Positions 9,120-18,619 of a stretch of 64,000 bases of DNA are shown here, one piece after another; position 1 is the first letter of the stretch, and every line of letters begins with the position of its first letter. The stretch comes from Chloroflexota bacterium (GTDB lineage Bacteria > Chloroflexota > UBA11872). The stretch lies in contig OZ242271.1 of NCBI GenBank assembly GCA_965207185.1, positions 64,806 to 128,805 on the forward strand, read 5' to 3'. A program made the translations under genes and the position numbers. The notes under the pieces are model-generated. The model had not been told where the DNA came from. It made no database searches and saw only the letters and a program-made list of their open reading frames with translations.

Positions 9120-10528
9120 TCGTGAATGACGACGAGCTTGTACTCGGTCATTTCTTCGACCGCGTACTTCGGTCCTTCCTTGCCCATGCCGCTGTCCTTG
9201 AGGCCGCCGTACGGCATCAAGTCGGTGCGCCACTGGCTGCCCCAATTGATGTGGATGTTGCCTGAATCCACGCTTCGGGCGAAGCGCATGGCGGTATCGA
9301 TGTCCTGGGTGAAGATGGCGGCGCTGAGGCCGTAGATCGAGTCGTTGGCCAACTCAATCGCCGCGTCCACGTCGTCGACGCGGGTGACGCCCATAGCCGG
9401 ACCGAACAGCTCTTCGCAGGAAACCTTCATCTCGGGACTGACGCCGGCCAGCAGAGTCGGCTCGAAGAGTTGACCCGAGCGCTCACCGCCAACCAGCAGT
9501 TCGGCGCCCTCGCCCACGGCTTCATCGATCCACTTGCCGACGCGTTCGGCATCTGACTCGCGAATCATCGGACCGACGGTCGTGGCGGGATCCAGCGGAT
9601 CGCCGGTGGAGAGGGCGGCCACGGCGGGAACGAGCGTCTCGACGAGCTCGTCGTAGACCGGCGCGGGCGCGATCACGCGCTGCGTGGAAATGCAGACCTG
9701 ACCGGCGTTGGCGAACGCGGTTTGCGGGATGACGGTGCGGACCTTGTCGAGGTCGGCGTCCGGCATCACGATCACCGGTGCATTGGAGCCAAGCTCCATC
9801 GTGACCTTCTTGATGCCGGCCTGCTTGCAGATGCGCTCGCCGATATCGCGGCTGCCCGTGAAGCTGATCTTGCGGACGCGCGGGTCAGACACGAGAGCGT
9901 CGCCAATCTCGGCGCCGGAGCCGGTGACGCAGTGCACGGCTTCCTGGGGTACGCCGGCCTCGAGCAGCAGTTCGACCAGGCGCAGCGCCATCAGCGGCGT
10001 GTCGCTGGCCGGCTTGACCACCACGGCGTTGCCGCCGGCCAGCGCGGGGCCGACCTTGTGGCACACGAGGTGCAGCGGGAAGTTGAACGGTGTGACCGCG
10101 GCGACCACCCCGCAGGGCACGCGCATGGTGAAGCCGAATTTGCCTTTGACGCCGGGGCCGCCCTCGAGCGGGATGACTTCACCGTCCAGCCGCTTCGCCT
10201 CTTCGGCGGAGAGGTAGATGATCTCGGCGGCCCGCTCGACCTCCAGACGCGCCTCGGAAATGATCTTGCCTTCCTCGCGGGTCAGCTGGGTCGCCAGGCT
10301 GTCCGCGTTGGCCACGATCAGATCGGCCGTTCGGTGCAGCAGTTCGTAGCGTTCGAAGCCGGTCAGGCCGGCCATGACACGGGCGCCGCGTGCCGCGCTG
10401 TCCAGCGCGCGGTCCACGTCGGCGGCGGTACCACGCGGCACGGTGTCGACGACCGAGCCGTCGTAGGGATTGAGCACGTCCATGCTCGACTGCCCGTTCG
10501 TCCAGGCGCCGGCGATGTACATCTTCAT
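9116..10528 (-). CDS. NAD(P)-dependent aldehyde dehydrogenase
   Basis: It is 470 aa with the catalytic region ...ELGSNAPVIVMPDADL... and ...FANAGQVCISTQRV..., containing the ALDH Cys and Glu motifs. Confidence 0.85.
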   Translation of the reverse strand: MKMYIAGAWTNGQSSMDVLNPYDGSVVDTVPRGTAADVDRALDSAARGARVMAGLTGFERYELLHRTADLIVANADSLATQLTREEGKIISEARLEVERAAEIIYLSAEEAKRLDGEVIPLEGGPGVKGKFGFTMRVPCGVVAAVTPFNFPLHLVCHKVGPALAGGNAVVVKPASDTPLMALRLVELLLEAGVPQEAVHCVTGSGAEIGDALVSDPRVRKISFTGSRDIGERICKQAGIKKVTMELGSNAPVIVMPDADLDKVRTVIPQTAFANAGQVCISTQRVIAPAPVYDELVETLVPAVAALSTGDPLDPATTVGPMIRESDAERVGKWIDEAVGEGAELLVGGERSGQLFEPTLLAGVSPEMKVSCEELFGPAMGVTRVDDVDAAIELANDSIYGLSAAIFTQDIDTAMRFARSVDSGNIHINWGSQWRTDLMPYGGLKDSGMGKEGPKYAVEEMTEYKLVVIHD

Positions 10529-10699
10529 GGAGATTCGAGTCCTTTCTGACCAGGTCGAGCCGATTGCAAGTCAGGGAGTGGGGCCCGTCCGACGGGGCAC
10601 CACGGATGGACAGCGTATTGTGACAGCACCGACAGCGGCGCGCCGGAGGGATGGTTGTGGCCGACTTGCCCGCGGCATTTCTTGCGGTACCGGTTGATT

Positions 10700-10715
10700 T
10701 GTGAAACATTTCACG
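10700..10715. promoter_or_regulatory. CRP/FNR-family-like operator TGTGA-N6-TCACg in the divergent intergenic region
   Basis: The sequence tTGTGAaacattTCACg matches the TGTGA-N6-TCACA consensus at 9 of 10 positions. It lies between the divergently transcribed aldehyde dehydrogenase gene and the act operon. Confidence 0.4.
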
Positions 10716-10869
10716 TTGTCACCCGGCCCGGAGACGAAATTCGCCTGATGCCGCCCTGCCCTCATTCTGTCGGTCGGGCCAATAGACGCATCGCCCGCGC
10801 ATCAGGTGCACGGGTCGGATACCATGCGCCGCTGGTCATGCCGACACGGTTGCCGACGGAGACTCGCGG

Positions 10870-11166
10870 GTGCAACTAAGCGACCTAACGGCCGACGATT
10901 GGGTCAGGCTCTCAGAACTTGTGGCGCACCTCTGGTTCTTTGCGTTGGCGCTAATCGCGACAGGCCTGACATACATGCTCGCGCACGCCATGCTTCCATC
11001 GTTGATGGACACCGGCGACCTGCCGGTCGCCGTGGCCAAACGAATGCGCGCGCCGCTTTATCTGGTAGTCGCGATGGGGTGTGTGGCCGTGGTGGTGCTC
11101 GTGATCAAGGGCACGCTGCTGGCGCTTGACATCCTGCCCGAGATCTATCCGCGGCTGGCGATCTAG
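10870..11166 (+). CDS. Small hypothetical membrane protein (3 TM) upstream of actA
   Basis: It is 98 aa with the hydrophobic segments HLWFFALALIATGLTYMLA and LYLVVAMGCVAVVVLVI. The start is GTG at 10870. Confidence 0.4.
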   Translation: MQLSDLTADDWVRLSELVAHLWFFALALIATGLTYMLAHAMLPSLMDTGDLPVAVAKRMRAPLYLVVAMGCVAVVVLVIKGTLLALDILPEIYPRLAI

Positions 11167-11170
11167 CAAG

Positions 11171-11731
11171 ATGCACTACCTGGCCGCCCTCCTACCGCGC
11201 GTCACGCTCAAGCAGACCCTCATTATTGGCGGGGCCACCGCGCCACTGCTGGCGGGGGGCGCCGGGGTATTGGCAATCCTGCTGTATCTCTCCGCCGCTG
11301 GCGGGACGGCGACGCCGGCGCCGGCGCAGCCCATTGCCTTCGACCACTCGGTTCACGCGGGCGACGCGGCAATTCCCTGCGAGTTTTGCCACCGCGGCGT
11401 CGGCACTCAAGCGGCCGCGACGGTGCCGTCGGTTGAACAGTGCATGTTCTGCCACTCGGTCGTGAAGACCGACAGCCCGCAGATTCAGCTGCTGCAAGCA
11501 CACTGGGACACGCAAACGCCGGTCAATTGGACGCGCGTGCATCGCGTGCCTGACCACGTGCGCTTCGTCCACGCGCCGCACATCCAGGCGGGTGTCGCGT
11601 GTGAGACCTGCCACGGCGACGTGGCCTCAATGGAGGAAGTCAAGCAGGTACGCTCCCTCGCCATGGGAGATTGCCAGGGCTGCCACCGCGAGAACTCCGC
11701 CTCGCTGGACTGTGCGACATGTCACAAGTGA
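11171..11731 (+). CDS. actA: ACIII subunit ActA-like pentaheme cytochrome c
   Basis: It has five CxxCH motifs: CEFCH, CMFCH, CETCH, CQGCH and CATCH. It has an N-terminal transmembrane/signal segment and is the first gene of a membrane oxidoreductase operon. The ORF track gives an upstream start at 11126. Confidence 0.75.
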   Translation: MHYLAALLPRVTLKQTLIIGGATAPLLAGGAGVLAILLYLSAAGGTATPAPAQPIAFDHSVHAGDAAIPCEFCHRGVGTQAAATVPSVEQCMFCHSVVKTDSPQIQLLQAHWDTQTPVNWTRVHRVPDHVRFVHAPHIQAGVACETCHGDVASMEEVKQVRSLAMGDCQGCHRENSASLDCATCHK

Positions 11732-11744
11732 TGGGTCGGAGCGT

Positions 11745-13946
11745 ATGAGCGGCATCGGACGACGGCGCTTCCTGGTCGGGTCGGCGGCGCTGGCCGGCGG
11801 CGCGACTGTCGTGGCCTGCGCAGCGCCGGAGCGTGAGTCGCAGGTTCAGAGCTTCGTGCTGCAGCCGGAACTCTCGCTGCCGGGCCAGGAACTGTGGTTT
11901 GCCACGACCTGCGCGCACTCCGACTGCGGGAACAGCGTGGTGGTGCGCACGATCGACGGACGCGCCAAGAAGGTGGAAGGCAACCCCGCATTTCCGGTCA
12001 ACCAGGGCAAGCTGAACGTGCGCAGCCAGGCGGGCGTGCAGTCCTTGTATCACCCCGATCGATTGACGGTTCCCAGGAGACGTCGCGGCCTGCGTGGGGC
12101 GAACGAGTTCGAAGACCTGGAGTGGCCAGCCGGACTTGATCTGCTGACCGAGAAGATTGCTGAGGCGCGGAGCGTCGTGGTGATTACCGGACCTATCAGC
12201 GGAACGCGGGCACGCATTGCCCGCGACTTCGCTACGGCTTTTGGCGGTGAGCACCTTGTCTACGAGACGCTGGAATCCACGGTCTGGCGAAAGACCGTGC
12301 AGGACGGGCTGGGCGCGCGGCGGTTGCCGTATCTGGACATTGCCAACGCGCATTCGATTCTGTCCTTTGGCGCCGATTTCCTTTCGACCTGGCTGTCGCC
12401 CACGCAGTACGGCGTGGGCTACGGCGAGTTTCGCCAGGGGCACGGTGAGCGTGGCCGCCTGATCCAGGTCGAGCCGCGCATGTCGCTGACTGGCGCCAAC
12501 GCGGACTCGTGGGTGTACGTGCATCCGGGGCAGGAAGGCGCGCTGGCGCTTTCGATCGCGCAGGTGATCGCCGCCGAGGGTCTGGCGCCTTCGGACAACT
12601 GGTTCGATGTCGTGAGCGAAGTCGGCGGTCTGGACGCGCTGAATGCCTATGCGCCCGATCGCGTCAGCGAGCGAACCGGCGTTCCCGTCGAGCGAATCCA
12701 GGAGATTGCCCGCGAGTTCGCCAGCCATCAACCGGGTTTCGCCATCGCCGGCGGGCCGGCCCTCGCCAGTACCAACGGGCTGGACAACGGGCTCGCCGCC
12801 ATGCTGCTGAACCACATGGTGGGAAGCGTCGGACAGCCGGGCGGGCTGCTGCCCAACCCGAATCTGCGCAGCACCGTGACGCCACCAACCGAGCCGACGC
12901 CGTTTGCCGACCTGGCCGGCCGCGGCAACACCTGGCTGGAAGACGAAGCCCCGGACGTTGCGATTGTCTTTGAAGCCGACCCGGTATACGGAATGCCCGA
13001 AGCCACGCGGTTTGCCGATGCGCTTGGGACGATTCCCTTCGTCGTGGGCATCGGCACGATCATGAGCGAGACGCTGGGGCACTCCGACCTGGTGCTGCCC
13101 TCCACCCATCCTTTCGAGGAATGGGGCGACTTTGTGCCCGACCCGGCTCCGCGACAGCACGTGGTGGGTTTGCAGCAGCCGGTGGTCCGGCCGACAACGT
13201 CCGGCCGGAGCTTCGGCGACATTCTCTTGACCCTGTGGCACGACCTGCGACCTGACCTGGCCCCGCCCTGGGAGACCATGCGCGACGCGGTTCAGGCCAA
13301 CGCCGCCGAGGTCTTCAGAGGCGGCGAATTTGAGGAGCGCTGGGTGGAGTTGCTGAAGAATGGCGGCGGATGGAATGACGACTGGGCGCCCGAGTTCAGA
13401 TCAGCGCCGAACTGGCACATCAATCTGCTGGCTGAGCCGGCCTTCAGCGACAACGGGATCGAGTTCCCGTTGCATCTGATCCCGTTTGAGGGTGTTGCGC
13501 TGGGTGGCGGCGACGAGACCGCCAACCCCTGGCTGCAGGCCACGCCAGACCCGATTTCGACGGCGACCTGGACGACCTGGGTCGAAATGAATCCGACGAC
13601 GGCGGCGGCGCTGAACGTGTCCCGCGGCGACATCGTGCGGATCGAGACCGCGCACGGTCAGTTCGAAGCTGGCGTTTACATCTCGCCGGCCGCCGCGCCC
13701 GGCGTCCTGGGCGTACCCGTCGGTCAGGGTCATGCTTTTGGCGGCCGCTGGCGCGAGGGCCGCGGCTCGAACGTGCTGGCCAGCCTGTCGCCGCTGACGG
13801 TGGCGGGCTCCGGCGGCCTTGCCTGGGCGGCCACGCGGGCGCGTGTCCGACCGACAGGTGACTATCGACAGCTCCCGACGATCGAGGTCCTGCCGAACGC
13901 ACGCAACGACGTTGAGGAAGTAGTGGTGCAGATCACCAATGAGTAG
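11745..13946 (+). CDS. actB: ACIII ActB1-like molybdopterin-oxidoreductase-fold subunit (Tat-exported)
   Basis: It has a Tat signal (MSGIGRRRFLVGSAALAGG) followed by the complex iron-sulfur molybdoenzyme (CISM) fold. The N-terminal region has only two Cys (TCAHSDC) rather than a full FS0 cluster motif, as reported for ActB. Confidence 0.7.
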   Translation: MSGIGRRRFLVGSAALAGGATVVACAAPERESQVQSFVLQPELSLPGQELWFATTCAHSDCGNSVVVRTIDGRAKKVEGNPAFPVNQGKLNVRSQAGVQSLYHPDRLTVPRRRRGLRGANEFEDLEWPAGLDLLTEKIAEARSVVVITGPISGTRARIARDFATAFGGEHLVYETLESTVWRKTVQDGLGARRLPYLDIANAHSILSFGADFLSTWLSPTQYGVGYGEFRQGHGERGRLIQVEPRMSLTGANADSWVYVHPGQEGALALSIAQVIAAEGLAPSDNWFDVVSEVGGLDALNAYAPDRVSERTGVPVERIQEIAREFASHQPGFAIAGGPALASTNGLDNGLAAMLLNHMVGSVGQPGGLLPNPNLRSTVTPPTEPTPFADLAGRGNTWLEDEAPDVAIVFEADPVYGMPEATRFADALGTIPFVVGIGTIMSETLGHSDLVLPSTHPFEEWGDFVPDPAPRQHVVGLQQPVVRPTTSGRSFGDILLTLWHDLRPDLAPPWETMRDAVQANAAEVFRGGEFEERWVELLKNGGGWNDDWAPEFRSAPNWHINLLAEPAFSDNGIEFPLHLIPFEGVALGGGDETANPWLQATPDPISTATWTTWVEMNPTTAAALNVSRGDIVRIETAHGQFEAGVYISPAAAPGVLGVPVGQGHAFGGRWREGRGSNVLASLSPLTVAGSGGLAWAATRARVRPTGDYRQLPTIEVLPNARNDVEEVVVQITNE

Positions 13947-14775
13947 CTCAGCCAACGAGGCCGCCGCCCGGGCGAGCGCCGTCTCGGAGATGGGACAGAC
14001 CATTCCCACCGATGCCGAAGTCGGTCACCCCGAGGGGGTGCGCTGGGGCATGGTGGTGGACCTGGACCGCTGCACCGGCTGCCAGGCCTGCGTGGTGGCC
14101 TGCCAGGCCGAGAACAACATTGCCTTGAACGAGGAACAACGGGTCCTGGAACGGCGCGCGAAGACCTGGATTCGGATCGAGCGCTACTGGGAAGGCGAGT
14201 TTCCTAACGCGAAGGCTCGATTCATCCCGGTGCTCTGCCAGCATTGCGGCAACGCGCCCTGCGAGACCGTGTGCCCGGTGTGGGCGACCTACCACAACAA
14301 CGAAGGGCTGAACGTCCAGGTCTACAACCGCTGCATTGGCACGCGGTTCTGCGCCAACGGGTGCCCGTACTCGGTGCGCTACTTCAACTTCTGGAATCCC
14401 GAGTGGCCGGAGCCGATGAACAACCAGCTCAATCCGGACGTGACCGTGCGAACGAAGGGCATCATTGAGAAATGCACGTTCTGCGTGCAGCGGATCAACC
14501 GGGTCCAGGTCACCGCCAAGACCGAGGGACGTGAGATTGGCTCCAGCGAGATTCAGCCAGCCTGCGCCCAGTCGTGTCCGACCAGCGCGCTGATCTTCGC
14601 CGACATCAACAATCCCGACAGCTATCCCGCACAGTTGGCGGAAGCCGAGGCCGGCCGCAGCTACACGCTGCTCGAGCACTTCGGAACCGACCCGGGCGTC
14701 ATCTACCTCAAGAAGGTGGACCCGCACGCCGAGATTCACGAAGACGACCACGCGCCTGCCGAGGCGCACGCATGA
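13939..14775 (+). CDS. actB: ACIII ActB2-like 4Fe-4S ferredoxin subunit (PsrB/NrfC family)
   Basis: It has four Cys clusters: CTGCQACVVAC, CQHCGNAPCETVCP, CIGTRFCANGCP and CTFCVQRI. Its start overlaps the ActB1 stop by 8 nt. Confidence 0.75.
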   Translation: MSSSANEAAARASAVSEMGQTIPTDAEVGHPEGVRWGMVVDLDRCTGCQACVVACQAENNIALNEEQRVLERRAKTWIRIERYWEGEFPNAKARFIPVLCQHCGNAPCETVCPVWATYHNNEGLNVQVYNRCIGTRFCANGCPYSVRYFNFWNPEWPEPMNNQLNPDVTVRTKGIIEKCTFCVQRINRVQVTAKTEGREIGSSEIQPACAQSCPTSALIFADINNPDSYPAQLAEAEAGRSYTLLEHFGTDPGVIYLKKVDPHAEIHEDDHAPAEAHA

Positions 14776-16121
14776 TTGCCCCGGAAGCCGCCGGTCTAAA
14801 GCTGTCGCTGCGTCCGCCGTACCGGCCGCAAGCGCTGAGCATCTCGCTGAACCATGCGGGTATCGCGCTGCTGGCGGTGCTGGGTGCGCTGGGCATCGTG
14901 ATGTACGTCGTCAAGCTGATCACGGCCTGGGGCGATCGCGCGGAGTGGGCCTACCCGACCGTGGTCCTGATGTTCGTCCTGTCCACCGCGACCGCGGCGC
15001 CGCTGATTGCCTATGCCTCGCGGATGGCCAAGGGGTATTGGGCGCTGCCGCTGCGACGGATCGCGGCGCTGTATGCGGTGCCATCGGTGCTGAGCTTCGT
15101 GCTGCTGATCCCCATCATGGCCTCGCTGCCGCCGCTGGACGGCCGTTCCACGTTGTGGTTCGAGTTCCGAGCCGGCGCTCCGTTCCTGACCGACGCGCTG
15201 GCGCTGGCGATCTTGTTGCTGACCGGCATGGCGTTGCTCTGGTTCTCGGCGGTCCCGGATCTCGCCGGACCGCCCAGCCGCGTGCGCGCGATGGGTCCCT
15301 GGAAGCGCCTGCTCTTCCTGAACTGGTCGGGCTCGACCCGGCAGTGGAAGGTTCTGCGGGCCGCCAACCTGACATTGGGGGCGTTCTACCTGATGGGCTA
15401 CGCCTTCGTGCACATGTTGCTCACCACCGACCTGGGCCAGAGCCTGCTGCCGGGCTGGCGCTCGGGGATTTTTCCGGTCTATAGCGCGGTGACCGGGCTC
15501 CAGGCTGGAATCGCGCTGACGCTGCTGACGGCGGCGGCCATGCGCCGGTTCTCGCCTGAATCGGCGCGGTTCCTCGGCGACGAGCAGGCCTCCGCCCTCG
15601 GCAAGATCCTGCTGGCGGCCACGTTGATGTGGTTCTACTTCTTCTGGTCCGACTTCCTGCTGATCTGGTACGCCCGGCTTCCCAGCGAGGTGGCCGCGAT
15701 GCAGGTGACGGTGGCCATTACCTACAAGCTGCCGTTTGTGCTGGCCGCCGTGTTGATGCTGGTTCTCCCCCTGGCACTGCTCATCTTCAACAGGATCCGG
15801 CAGTCGCTCACGCTGATTGCGGGCGTCTCGACGCTGATCGTGGTTGGCTTGCTCTTCGACCGAATCCGGTTTTTTGTCGCGCCCATGGCCAACCCGTCAC
15901 CGTTCGGCCACGCCATGGAAACGCTGCCGGAGCCATACTGGCCGAACGTGAGCGACGTGCTGTTCATGATCGGCTTCATCGGCCTGATGATCGCCGTCTT
16001 CGTCTATGCCGCCTCCCGCATCCCGGTGCTCAACGGCTGGGAAATGCGCCAGGGATCGATGCTGCGTAAAGAACGAACGTTCATGAAGACCCACGTTCTC
16101 GTGATCGGAAAGCCGGACTGA
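14772..16121 (+). CDS. ACIII NrfD/PsrC-like polytopic membrane subunit (ActC- or ActF-like)
   Basis: It is about 449 aa with some 10 TM helices of the NrfD family. Its start overlaps the ActB2 stop as ATGA. Confidence 0.7.
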   Translation: MIAPEAAGLKLSLRPPYRPQALSISLNHAGIALLAVLGALGIVMYVVKLITAWGDRAEWAYPTVVLMFVLSTATAAPLIAYASRMAKGYWALPLRRIAALYAVPSVLSFVLLIPIMASLPPLDGRSTLWFEFRAGAPFLTDALALAILLLTGMALLWFSAVPDLAGPPSRVRAMGPWKRLLFLNWSGSTRQWKVLRAANLTLGAFYLMGYAFVHMLLTTDLGQSLLPGWRSGIFPVYSAVTGLQAGIALTLLTAAAMRRFSPESARFLGDEQASALGKILLAATLMWFYFFWSDFLLIWYARLPSEVAAMQVTVAITYKLPFVLAAVLMLVLPLALLIFNRIRQSLTLIAGVSTLIVVGLLFDRIRFFVAPMANPSPFGHAMETLPEPYWPNVSDVLFMIGFIGLMIAVFVYAASRIPVLNGWEMRQGSMLRKERTFMKTHVLVIGKPD

Positions 16122-17494
16122 TGCAAGAACCGGTAGTTGCCGACACGAAAACCTCGAACCGCGAGCTGCTGGACTTCGTCTTCGCCTGGCCGGCCTGGTT
16201 CTTCGCGGTAGGCGGAGCGCTCAACGGCCTGCTGGTGGCGGCGTTTGTCGTCGTGATCCTGATGTTGATGTTCGGCCTCCAGTTCCTTGGGTACTCGCAC
16301 CCGGTCTACTGGGGCTTCCTGATCGTGAACTTCGTGTTCTGGATCGGGGTCAGTCACGCCGGAATCATGGTTTCGGCCATCCTGCGGCTGACGCAAGCCG
16401 AGTGGCGGCGGCCCGTGACGCGCGCCGCCGAAGTGCTGACGATCTTCTCCCTGCTGACGGCCGTGCAGTTCCCGCTGATTCACTCCGGCCGCCCCTGGCG
16501 CACGATGTACTGGACCTTCCCCTACGACTGGAACCGTGGCGCCTGGCCCAACCCGCGATCGCCGCTGGTCTGGGACCCCTCGGCAATCTTCACTTACCTG
16601 ACATCAACGATTCTGTTTGTCTACGTGGCGTTGCTGCCTGACCTGGCGCTGGCTCGCGACCGGGCGCCAAACCCGGTCAGCCGCGCCATCTACGGCGTGC
16701 TGGCCATGGGCTTCCGCGGGACCACGCGGCAGTGGCGTATCCAGACGGTGGCCGGCCTGTTGCTATCGGCGATCATCCTGCCGATCTTCGTCTCGGTGCA
16801 CTCCATCGTGTCCTGGGACTTCGCCGTCACCTCGGTGCCCGGCTGGCACAACACGATCTTTGCTCCGTACTTCGTTATCGGGGCTGTTCACTCCGGCGTG
16901 TCGGCCGTGGTGACCGTGATGATCGTGATGCGCTTCGCCTTCGGTCTGAAGCGGTTCATCAAGCGCGACCACATCGACTCGCTGGCGCGACTGCTGATCG
17001 TGGTAGCGACGGTCTGGCTGTTCTTCTTCCTGCTGGACTTCTTCTTCGGCCTCTACGGCACGGAACCGGCGGAAGTCGACACCTGGCAACGACGGCTGGT
17101 TGAACCGCCGTGGGTCGTGATCGCGATTATCTTTATCATCTGCGCCTACATCATTCCGGTGCCGATGTGGATGTTCCGCGGCATCCGGCGGAACTTCTTC
17201 TGGATGTTCGTGACCACAATCCTGGTCAACGTGGGCATGTGGCTGGAGCGCTACATGGTGGTGGTGCCGGCGCTGGAGCGGAAGAGCGGCCTTACATTCA
17301 CGTACGGCGACTACGCACCCTCGTTATCCGAATTCATCCTCGTGGCCGCATCGTTTGCCCTGGTGATTCTCGGTTTCCTGACGTTCTCTAAGCTGCTGCC
17401 GATCATGCCGGCCGCGGATATCAAGGAAGGCCAGATCCTGGCCGACCGCATTCGAGTCGGGCGGGCAAACGTGCCGGCCGCCATGCGGGAGTGA
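16121..17494 (+). CDS. ACIII NrfD/PsrC-like polytopic membrane subunit (ActC- or ActF-like paralog)
   Basis: It is 457 aa and is a second NrfD-family paralog. It is translationally coupled to the previous gene, sharing 1 nt. Confidence 0.7.
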   Translation: MQEPVVADTKTSNRELLDFVFAWPAWFFAVGGALNGLLVAAFVVVILMLMFGLQFLGYSHPVYWGFLIVNFVFWIGVSHAGIMVSAILRLTQAEWRRPVTRAAEVLTIFSLLTAVQFPLIHSGRPWRTMYWTFPYDWNRGAWPNPRSPLVWDPSAIFTYLTSTILFVYVALLPDLALARDRAPNPVSRAIYGVLAMGFRGTTRQWRIQTVAGLLLSAIILPIFVSVHSIVSWDFAVTSVPGWHNTIFAPYFVIGAVHSGVSAVVTVMIVMRFAFGLKRFIKRDHIDSLARLLIVVATVWLFFFLLDFFFGLYGTEPAEVDTWQRRLVEPPWVVIAIIFIICAYIIPVPMWMFRGIRRNFFWMFVTTILVNVGMWLERYMVVVPALERKSGLTFTYGDYAPSLSEFILVAASFALVILGFLTFSKLLPIMPAADIKEGQILADRIRVGRANVPAAMRE

Positions 17495-18051
17495 GGTCTA
17501 TGGCAATGCAGTCCCAAGCCAAACGCGAACTCCTGGCCCTCTACGAGGAGCCGGACCAGGCCGCCGACGCCGTCGAGCGCCTGCATAGCGCCGGGTTCGA
17601 GGACAACGACATCGAGATTCTGAGCAGCACGCCCTATCCGGAAGGCGCGTTCGGCGAGGGGCACACGAAGCACCGCCTATTCGCCTTCCCGTTTGCGGGC
17701 GCTGCCTGCGGACTGGCCGTGGGCATCGCCTGGATCGTTGGCGCCCAGGTTTCGCTGCCAATCATTACCGGCGGAAAACCGGTCGTAGCCGTGCCGGCCG
17801 TCATCCAGATTCTGTACGAGGGGACGCTGCTGGGCGCCGTGCTGTTCACGGTGCTTGGCGTGCTCTTCGAGTCCCGCCTGCCTGACGGGGTGGGTCTCTA
17901 CGACGACCGGATCTCCGAGGGCTACATCGGCATTTCGGTCATGGCGCGCGAGCGCCGCCTGCCGGACGCTCAGATCGCGCTGGAAGAAGCCTCTCCCATC
18001 GACCTGCTCTCCAAGGAGGGCAGCCTCATGCACGCACCAGGAACCACGTGA
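17491..18051 (+). CDS. actD: ACIII ActD-like small membrane subunit
   Basis: It is 186 aa with a soluble N-terminal domain followed by TM helices (FAFPFAGAACGLAVGIAWIV and LLGAVLFTVLGVLF). It sits between the NrfD-like genes and the monoheme cytochrome gene. The starts at GTG 17491 or ATG 17500 are both possible. Confidence 0.55.
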   Translation: MRSMAMQSQAKRELLALYEEPDQAADAVERLHSAGFEDNDIEILSSTPYPEGAFGEGHTKHRLFAFPFAGAACGLAVGIAWIVGAQVSLPIITGGKPVVAVPAVIQILYEGTLLGAVLFTVLGVLFESRLPDGVGLYDDRISEGYIGISVMARERRLPDAQIALEEASPIDLLSKEGSLMHAPGTT

Positions 18052-18605
18052 CCCTGCCCCGACTGCGACCACGCAACGTTGCCGCCCTTGCCCTAGGGCT
18101 GGTGGCGGCGTTGACGCTCGTTGGATGTGAGACGGGCGCCTATCCGCTCGACATCTTCCCGGAGATGCACTACCAGGCGTCGTATCGGACTCAGGAGCCG
18201 TCGCATCCCGGAGCGCCTGAGGGGTCGATTCCGACCACGGGCGGCGAACTGCCGGTGACGGACTTCGTTGCCATGATCGCGAAAGAAAACCCGGTGCCGT
18301 TCACGGGCGAGTCAATTGACACTGCCCGCGCGGTATTCGAGACCAACTGCGCCATGTGCCACGGGGCCAACGCCGACGGCGACAGCTTCGTCGCCCGGCA
18401 ATTCGAGCAGTACCAGGAGAAGGCGCCTCCGTCGCTGCGACGTGCGGAGCTCGCCGACCAGCAGGACGGCGCACTGTTCTGGACGATCACCAACGGCGTA
18501 AACCGCATGCCGTCGTTCAGTTCGTTGCTCACGGCTGAGGAGCGCTGGTCGCTCGTCAATTACATTCGGTCAATCCAGGAGTCGCCGGCGCCTGACGCCG
18601 CCTGA
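18048..18605 (+). CDS. actE: ACIII ActE-like monoheme cytochrome c lipoprotein
   Basis: It has the lipobox LTLVGC and a single CAMCH heme motif. The start is GTG and overlaps the actD stop. Confidence 0.7.
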   Translation: MTLPRLRPRNVAALALGLVAALTLVGCETGAYPLDIFPEMHYQASYRTQEPSHPGAPEGSIPTTGGELPVTDFVAMIAKENPVPFTGESIDTARAVFETNCAMCHGANADGDSFVARQFEQYQEKAPPSLRRAELADQQDGALFWTITNGVNRMPSFSSLLTAEERWSLVNYIRSIQESPAPDAA

Positions 18606-18619
18606 GCGGAAACGGTCCC

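Noticed and set aside
11640-13241. A 533-aa minus-strand ORF, and similar long antisense ORFs (30548-32275 -, 33356-34729 -, 34904-35998 -, 37053-38159 -, 6415-7626 +, 9722-10549 +, 50119-51348 +, 51664-53016 +, 57436-58935 +).
   Set aside because: They lie exactly antisense to well-supported genes (actB1, the enolase-superfamily gene, coxL paralogs, MMPL, aldH, tal, the FGGY kinase, glpK). Their translations are Arg/Ala/Gly/Pro-rich low-complexity strings without family motifs. This is a typical stop-codon-poor antisense artefact of ~68% GC DNA.
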